This document shows, piece by piece, positions 57,583 to 64,000 of a DNA stretch of 64,000 nucleotides; the stretch's first letter is position 1, and each line of letters opens with the position of its first letter. The notes beneath the pieces are model-generated. The model saw nothing but the letters and a program-made list of their open reading frames with translations, was not told the origin of the DNA and ran no database searches. Both the position numbers and the translations under genes were made by a program. The DNA lies in NCBI GenBank assembly GCA_038046805.1, contig JBBSVO010000004.1, positions 32,001-96,000 on the forward strand. The letters run 5' to 3'. Origin of the DNA: Candidatus Micrarchaeota archaeon (lineage in GTDB: Archaea > Micrarchaeota > Micrarchaeia > Anstonellales > Bilamarchaeaceae).

Positions 57583-60123
57583 TCAAGGCTTAGAAATTAG
57601 TTCCGGAAGATTCTGTGGCGGGCACCCGGATTCCTTGCATTCTTTGGTAAGCGCGTAGTATTTAGAAAGTAGCCAACGCCCGTAAACCGCTCCCTTGTTA
57701 TCCTTGGCGCAAAGCTCAACATATTCCATAAGGTCATCTGCTTTCTGGTGCTGCTTTTCCGCTATTGTGTACGGTGTTCCATCCGTGTCATGAACTATTT
57801 TGAAAACAGTAATATCGCACCCGTGCTTGTTTGATGCATATTCGTTTATGAATGCCTGCGGATTAAATCCTCCACGATACATCCCAGCGGCAAAGAAATA
57901 TGCATACCAGTTTATCAATTCCGGTTTTTTAATTTCCCCATCCTTGTTCGCAATTCCGAGCTCTTTGAGATTGTCTGTTTTCGAAAGAACCGCCTTGCCA
58001 CTGTCAACATATTTTTTCAATTTGTAGGCGCCAAGGCATGCGCTGTGAGTGACGTTGAATGGGTTATAGTCGCTGAAACATGCACTTGATATTTCCGAAG
58101 AGGAAAGACCATGTGGATTTTGCCCGTTCTCCCAAAACACAGATGGAAATTCTATGGTCTGGGTTAAACCGAATGCGCAATAGCGGACTTTGTCCGGATT
58201 TTCTATCCATAAAGAACACTGCGGCATTTTCTCGCTCAATTCAGCTTGATGATTAGTAATTTTGCTTTGGTCAAGCCCAACCGGGAAGCAACCCGTGTCA
58301 TTCACCAGCAATTGTCCGTTATCCGTTCCTTTTACTTCTTTGTAAGCCGCTGCGTCCCTGGGCACCTTGCTTGCAGCACAATAATGAAACGCGCTTTCAT
58401 GCGAGACGACTGCCCTCAGGAAAAGCGGATCAATATCAAATCGGTCAGCGAAAACATCAAGCGGCGAATAGATTGAACATTCCTTCTCATTTGCTCCCTT
58501 GTTGAAATCCAATTTAAGGTCTGGCTTTTCTTTTTCAGTTGCAACGCATGCATCGCATTTGAAAGCCGGAACCTCGTAACTGGTTATGAGCGATTCAGAT
58601 GAACCGGAAGATAATTTTTTCGCAAGATCTGAATTATCAGAAAGATACATCCAGAATCTTTGATTCTTTTCTCCAAAAGAGCATCCTGAGGCATTCTCGC
58701 TTTGGCTTGGGAAAATAGATGGCGTCATACTGCCGCTTTTGAAATAATAATCTGCAAGTCCGAACCAGTACGAAAATCTTGGCTCGGATTTGAATGGCTG
58801 CGCTTTGTAATCCGCTGGCTGGTCAAACGCGGCATCTGGATCAGAATAATCCAAAAATGCAGAATCAATTCCATCAGTATCCCCTGTTGGATTGGGATTG
58901 GCTTCAACATAATTCAAAGCATCATTATAATTAGTCGGAGCGCAACCATCGCATCTTAGCGGATTGAACATATCATAATAAGCATACGGAGCGAAACCAA
59001 TTATCCCGTTGCGAAGAAGAACCGGAAATTCGGTTCTGAACAAAAACGAATTGGCTTTGGCAGTGCTTCCTTCCGGCCAGACACACGAAGAATAATCGTG
59101 CGGAACATTTTCTTCAATCATGAAATAAGCGATAATTGACGGCTTCCGGTACGTAGTCAGGGCATATTGCGCATATCGTTTTCCCTGTTCTATAAGCCAG
59201 GCATAATTGCATTCTGTAAATGTTGTGTTGGCTAACCTTGAGTCGATTCCTATTGCAACAATGTCAGTGGATTTGTTTACCTGATCATCGCTTAACACCA
59301 GATCAAGCGCTGCAGTATCATTGAATGGCGGTGCAACTGCGATAAGACAGTTCGGGCATTCCGCCTTCATTCCGAGAATCTGATTCTGTACTTCGGAAAC
59401 GATCGCATCGTCCCGGTAATTGAAATTCATTTCCGTTGTCAATATTACCGGACCTTTATCTTTAAACTGCTGCGCGATCTTGCGTGCACGATCCGCGCTC
59501 ACCGCAGTGCTGTTGCTGTATAGAACATAAACCGGCAAAACATTTGCCCTTAGCATACATGTAGAACGATTCACTTCTGGCAAGGGATAATATTCATTTC
59601 CATTTCCTGTATCAACCGAAGGAATCCATTTCACTGCCATGCTAAGCCCGTTAAGCGAATAGGAATTTGCTTTATAGAAATCAGCAAAACCAGGACCCTG
59701 GCCTAACATGAACTGGCGAATGTTAATGTTATCGAAAGCGGCTTCGGCATCTTTATCATCCAGTGTTTTCTTTGATAATGCTTTTTTCGCGTATTCATAA
59801 TCGCATTGCTGGTCTTTGCCAGCATTCGGGTCATTTAACCCTCTAAAATAGCATTTTCCACCCTCGAGCGTAAGCGGTGGCGAGTCAATCAAACCAAAGA
59901 ACCAGCTTTCGTCAGTCTGGTTCTCACAAACCATGCAATAACAGGAGGCGTTTATTGTTTGAAAGGTGTTTTCAAGATAATCAACCTTTTGCGGAGTATA
60001 GTCATACTCATCTGCAAAGTTTTCCGTCCATTTTTCCCATTGCGCAACAAGTGCAGTGGTCAGGACTGCCACAACGATTAACAGAAGATATTTCCTTTCA
60101 ATTCCAGATAATTTGCTAAGCAA
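57583..60123 (-). CDS. Membrane-anchored Cys-rich protein with C-terminal SLT lytic-transglycosylase-like domain
   Basis: TM anchor; IDPLFLRAVVSHESAF, AFGLTQ, NPFN...LGAYKL and AGMYRGG match SLT motifs; GAGGTG RBS before TTG 60123. Confidence 0.7.
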   Translation of the reverse strand: MLSKLSGIERKYLLLIVVAVLTTALVAQWEKWTENFADEYDYTPQKVDYLENTFQTINASCYCMVCENQTDESWFFGLIDSPPLTLEGGKCYFRGLNDPNAGKDQQCDYEYAKKALSKKTLDDKDAEAAFDNINIRQFMLGQGPGFADFYKANSYSLNGLSMAVKWIPSVDTGNGNEYYPLPEVNRSTCMLRANVLPVYVLYSNSTAVSADRARKIAQQFKDKGPVILTTEMNFNYRDDAIVSEVQNQILGMKAECPNCLIAVAPPFNDTAALDLVLSDDQVNKSTDIVAIGIDSRLANTTFTECNYAWLIEQGKRYAQYALTTYRKPSIIAYFMIEENVPHDYSSCVWPEGSTAKANSFLFRTEFPVLLRNGIIGFAPYAYYDMFNPLRCDGCAPTNYNDALNYVEANPNPTGDTDGIDSAFLDYSDPDAAFDQPADYKAQPFKSEPRFSYWFGLADYYFKSGSMTPSIFPSQSENASGCSFGEKNQRFWMYLSDNSDLAKKLSSGSSESLITSYEVPAFKCDACVATEKEKPDLKLDFNKGANEKECSIYSPLDVFADRFDIDPLFLRAVVSHESAFHYCAASKVPRDAAAYKEVKGTDNGQLLVNDTGCFPVGLDQSKITNHQAELSEKMPQCSLWIENPDKVRYCAFGLTQTIEFPSVFWENGQNPHGLSSSEISSACFSDYNPFNVTHSACLGAYKLKKYVDSGKAVLSKTDNLKELGIANKDGEIKKPELINWYAYFFAAGMYRGGFNPQAFINEYASNKHGCDITVFKIVHDTDGTPYTIAEKQHQKADDLMEYVELCAKDNKGAVYGRWLLSKYYALTKECKESGCPPQNLPELISKP

Positions 60124-63100
60124 CTCCGCCACCTCGCCTTCTTTCATTTCTTGAACAATGCCAACAGGAACCCCATCTCTGCATTGGCCTGCTGCATAAC
60201 GGACATGCTACCGTATCACGTGATTTATCGCTCCCATATACAAGGGATTTATGCAGTTTGACTTGACCCCTTTCATCTGTATAAACAGGGGAAAGTTTTG
60301 ACCAGATATCAGAAAGAATGCTTGATCCGGGCTGCCCTAAAACAGTGAGTTTGGCCTTTTCTGCAGTAGACATATCATCCCAGTTTGCCATTCTTCTTGC
60401 TTCTTTATATTGCATCCATATATCACGCGGGGATATAGGCGACATCGGAAGATGCCAAACAAATAGTGCCGGAGAAGTCCATGCCCAGATGGAATTCATT
60501 AGCACCCCATACCCTCCAAGCTCTTCTTCTCTTCTTTTTTGAAGTGCATAAGGAGAAACAAGGCGCTGGACATAGGGGGTATTTGCCTGAGACCAGAGCT
60601 CGCTTACTTTTTCAAAATATCCCTGGAACTGGCCGACTTCCAATCCCTGGGATAATCTTCTTGCAAGAGGGGAATATAATTTGATTGTTTCGCGCGGGTC
60701 AGTTGCAGCTTCACCCGGGTTTTGCCTTCCGCCACCTCTGCCAACGTATGAATAACCTTTCATTATCCATTGCATATCAGCAGACTGGCCCTGGAGACCG
60801 GTCAGGTATTGCCTACCTCCTAAATCTCTGCGAGCCATTTCTCCACTAGACCCAATTGATGTGTAGAATGGATTGACAAGAGAGCGGAATGCGTCTACAA
60901 CCCTAAGGCTTGTGGAACCCCAGGGCTGCATTGGGTTATATGTTTCAGCAGTCCATCGATTTGGATAACCAAACAGGTTCATCTGGAACGCACGGAATGC
61001 CAGCACAAATGGCCTGGAAGCCCTGCGGGCGATTTCCACAGTAGGATTGAAAAAGAAATTAACATTGGCCCATTCGTCGGTATCATGCAATGCGCGATAG
61101 AATCCAGGTGACCACGTGGTCGCAGGCCCAAGATGATAAAGGGTTGCAAGTGAATGCTGAAGACCATGAGATGTAGATGAAAGTGAGGGATTTCTATCAA
61201 TTCCAAAATCCCATACAAGCTGATATTTCCAGTATAAGGCAGCATTTTCATTATATGCTTCTATTGCTTTGTCAGAAAGGCCAAGGTCAAGCATCTGTTC
61301 CCGGCTCTTTCTTTTTATTGCATCGGAGAGGGCCATCCAGCTGTGCGTGTAATAAGATGAAAGAGCGACCACATCAAATGAGCCGCTTATTGACCCTCCG
61401 CCATATCCAGCCGCATAAAATGAAGTTGACTCCACCCATTGGCCGATATCACGTGCCTTGTTCACGAATTTGCGCCATGGGTCCATTACTGAAGCTGGTG
61501 CGTATTCATGCGATGCATATGGCAAAAGACTTGTCCTGATTCCATAAACCTCATGCTTTGGACGAACCGAAACCCCGGATTGTTCCCAGAAGCTCTGCCA
61601 GTTGCCAGTAGAGGTTCCGCAGTGCCAGAGGGCAGCAGCAAATAATTTCTGGCGTTCTGGATTTCCTTCTGCCCAATCCTTAAGTTCATTTAAGAGGCTG
61701 CTCCAGGAAACCTCCAGATGGTAATTTTGAGAAACTCTTACGGCTTCGTAATCCTTTTCTTGCATTAATGCGAGGTACTTATCCTTGAAACGTAATCCTT
61801 CTTCAGAATCTCCGAATTCGATGTTTATTCTTTGAGGATCAAACCGCCTCCATTTTCCCTCTGAATCCTTTAATGCAACAAATCCATTTACAATCCTGTC
61901 AAAATCGCTTAACGGCATTCCGTCAACATATGGAACATAATAACGCTCATGCGTCATAACCCAGGGATGGTCCAGAGATGCAACTGTCTTGTACATTAAC
62001 GGCTTGTCCATGAACTTTTGAAGGTCTTCCTTGTGATCAGTAAGCCGGTCTGCCCAGTCTTTTAGATTCTCGCCTGCAGTCGTTGTCCTGTCATCCAAAA
62101 TGCGTTTTCCATCCTGTTTGATTCTTTCCCCTTCCTCCTGCAATGCATTGTTCTTTGTGCGTAATCCTTCTTCATATTTCTCTTCTCCTTTTGAGATCAA
62201 TGCACCTCCAAGCATTCCCTGTGCTGCCTTGAGATAAAACTTCATTGTTTCATTTGTGTATTTGTAGGAGTTCATCCCCATAACGCCGTTAAGATGATCA
62301 TAAAGTTCGTTCATCAAAATGTCTCTGCCATACATGCGTTTGTAATTGGCACGCAGGGTTTCATCTTTCAAAAACTGGCTGGACTGCGGATCAAAAGATT
62401 TCCCTTCAAGCTTATATCTGGCTTCGATCTCATGCTGGATATTTGGCTTATATGGAAGTTTATATCCTTTTGAGAAATGAGAATCAGTCCAAAAACTCAC
62501 GGATCTTCCGGGGTCGCCAATCCAGCGGCGCTTCATATCGAATTTCCACCACCCCTGGTCAGGACCCATTTCATCCTCGCGGCCTGCCATATAAACTACT
62601 TTGCCATCCTTGTCTTTGAACATTACCTGTGCATTATGGCCTGCAAGCGCACGATAGGCTCCGATAATTTTTTCTCCATAAGACCCTGGATTGGTTATGG
62701 CTTTCCATGCATTTGCCCAAGGCTCCCCAGAGGTTAGCGGAGTTGGAGAACCGTGCTCTATTGCTATTGTTCCACCAATACCTTCTTTTTTGAGACCTGC
62801 CTTGTATACTTCGTAACCATAAAGCATTTTTTGAAGCTGCTCTGATTTTTTGCCGTCTGAAATGCCTGCTGCATCTGGATTCAGTTTAAGACCCTGCATT
62901 GCTTTTAGGCCATCTTCGGTGAGAAGCTCGCGGAGATAGCGCACGATCATTCCATTCATTGCACCTGTGAAATCTTTTAAAAATTCTTTTACCTGTGCCT
63001 TATCAGTTACTCCGCGCGTCTTCAGCCAGTCCGTGACAGTCCTTTCCAGAACAGCACCGTGTTTTTCCTTTAGGTCTGGATTAAGCGAAATCATCCTGTT

Positions 63101-64000
63101 TATTACATGAAGAGAAGATGCCATTGCGGCTTCGCGTATTCCGCCCTCTCCCCCAAGCAGTTCATGCTCAGCAGAAAAAATAAAATTATTGAGAAGGAAA
63201 GAATTCCACGCATCGCTGAATTCCAATCCGGGTTTTCCGCGATTGTAAGTCATACTGTCCCTCCCGACAGTGAGATAAAACTTATTTCTGTCTGGAACGT
63301 GGGTGGGATCATTGGTTTTGTGCTCATTTACCATGTAATCATAAAGTTGAACCGCACGAGAAGAGTCGCCATATTCCGTACTATCTGCAATTGCATTAAT
63401 GCGGTCCAATGCACGCTTTACTCCGACCCGGTCAAAATCCACGCCCATACTACTGGCAAGAGAAGATAGTTTTGTCACGCGTGTTCTAAGCCATTCATTG
63501 TGCTTTTTATCCAGCTGGTCAATATTGATAGCTGTGATTTCTTCATCCGGCATATACCTTTCTGAAAATATTGCTCTGATTTTTTTATTCAATGCCGCGA
63601 TTTCCGCACTTTTCGGATTGCCTTCTATGTTCATACGCTTTAGGATATCATTTTTATGATCAAACGCCAAATCAGTGATATCCATTTCCAAAAGCTCGAA
63701 ATTCACACCATGGTGTTCGTACATTTTTTTCATCAGATACCGCATCATGTCATAATTCAGGTCTTTGTGCAATGTACGATAAATGTTTGAAAGATTGGAA
63801 TCCAGGTTCATTATCACTCCAACACGTTGCGTTTCCTTTGAACCTGCAGTATAAAGGTCATAATATGCACGCTGGAAATATGTAACATTGGCATCAGGTG
63901 GGGCATCTACCTTCGCCGCCATCTCCCTTAGTTGCGCAGATGTTGGCTTCTTGACTGCCCTCATAACGGTTCCGACAACTGCTTTTCCATATCTTCCGGT
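60116..64000 (-). CDS. Very large hypothetical protein (>1290 aa, N-terminus outside the window) with C-terminal zinc ribbon
   Basis: Frame open to the window edge; ends CPLC...CWHC; overlaps the SLT gene. Confidence 0.8.
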   Translation of the reverse strand, partial: TGRYGKAVVGTVMRAVKKPTSAQLREMAAKVDAPPDANVTYFQRAYYDLYTAGSKETQRVGVIMNLDSNLSNIYRTLHKDLNYDMMRYLMKKMYEHHGVNFELLEMDITDLAFDHKNDILKRMNIEGNPKSAEIAALNKKIRAIFSERYMPDEEITAINIDQLDKKHNEWLRTRVTKLSSLASSMGVDFDRVGVKRALDRINAIADSTEYGDSSRAVQLYDYMVNEHKTNDPTHVPDRNKFYLTVGRDSMTYNRGKPGLEFSDAWNSFLLNNFIFSAEHELLGGEGGIREAAMASSLHVINRMISLNPDLKEKHGAVLERTVTDWLKTRGVTDKAQVKEFLKDFTGAMNGMIVRYLRELLTEDGLKAMQGLKLNPDAAGISDGKKSEQLQKMLYGYEVYKAGLKKEGIGGTIAIEHGSPTPLTSGEPWANAWKAITNPGSYGEKIIGAYRALAGHNAQVMFKDKDGKVVYMAGREDEMGPDQGWWKFDMKRRWIGDPGRSVSFWTDSHFSKGYKLPYKPNIQHEIEARYKLEGKSFDPQSSQFLKDETLRANYKRMYGRDILMNELYDHLNGVMGMNSYKYTNETMKFYLKAAQGMLGGALISKGEEKYEEGLRTKNNALQEEGERIKQDGKRILDDRTTTAGENLKDWADRLTDHKEDLQKFMDKPLMYKTVASLDHPWVMTHERYYVPYVDGMPLSDFDRIVNGFVALKDSEGKWRRFDPQRINIEFGDSEEGLRFKDKYLALMQEKDYEAVRVSQNYHLEVSWSSLLNELKDWAEGNPERQKLFAAALWHCGTSTGNWQSFWEQSGVSVRPKHEVYGIRTSLLPYASHEYAPASVMDPWRKFVNKARDIGQWVESTSFYAAGYGGGSISGSFDVVALSSYYTHSWMALSDAIKRKSREQMLDLGLSDKAIEAYNENAALYWKYQLVWDFGIDRNPSLSSTSHGLQHSLATLYHLGPATTWSPGFYRALHDTDEWANVNFFFNPTVEIARRASRPFVLAFRAFQMNLFGYPNRWTAETYNPMQPWGSTSLRVVDAFRSLVNPFYTSIGSSGEMARRDLGGRQYLTGLQGQSADMQWIMKGYSYVGRGGGRQNPGEAATDPRETIKLYSPLARRLSQGLEVGQFQGYFEKVSELWSQANTPYVQRLVSPYALQKRREEELGGYGVLMNSIWAWTSPALFVWHLPMSPISPRDIWMQYKEARRMANWDDMSTAEKAKLTVLGQPGSSILSDIWSKLSPVYTDERGQVKLHKSLVYGSDKSRDTVACPLCSRPMQRWGSCWHCSRNERRRGGGVA

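Noticed and set aside
1..64000. CRISPR array, cas genes, rRNA or IS transposase
   Set aside because: No regularly spaced identical repeats with unique spacers and no recognisable motifs; the repeats seen are heptamers, palindromes or two-copy duplications

Overview
A 64-kb piece of an archaeal chromosome. The archaeal call rests on diphthine synthase, topoisomerase VI A/B, an Sm-like protein, a Dim2/Pno1 KH protein, FBP aldolase/phosphatase, TATA promoters, GGTGA-type RBSs and BHB tRNA introns. The multi-intron tRNAs, bacterial-type MetK and many orphan genes suggest a DPANN lineage such as Ca. Micrarchaeota; that is inference. Housekeeping genes include tatD, metK, dph5, fbp, nrdJ, gltX, a UbiA-family prenyltransferase, aguB/aguA, slyD, nadM, smc, grpE-dnaK-dnaJ, ogg and top6AB. 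There are three toxin-antitoxin modules and a ~6.3-kb tyrosine-integrase element inserted at tRNA-Thr. Highlights: (1) a circularly permuted tRNA-Ala(GGC), with its 3' exon upstream of its 5' exon, that also has two introns; (2) tRNA-Pro(CGG) with three introns and tRNA-Thr(GGT) with two, the three tRNAs sharing one homologous intron family at different positions; (3) an unidentified ~280-nt pseudoknotted ncRNA candidate; (4) dispersed nested-palindrome and heptamer repeat families found in tRNA introns and, for the heptamers, inside a CDS; (5) orphan proteins with disordered basic N-tails and bacteria-type modules (anti-sigma zinc finger, frameshifted sigma-70-like domain, HExxH zincins), plus a membrane-anchored lytic-transglycosylase protein next to a giant gene, which may form a system for interacting with bacteria; (6) two genes that need non-AUG starts. 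All homology calls come from reading motifs by eye; no database searches were run.
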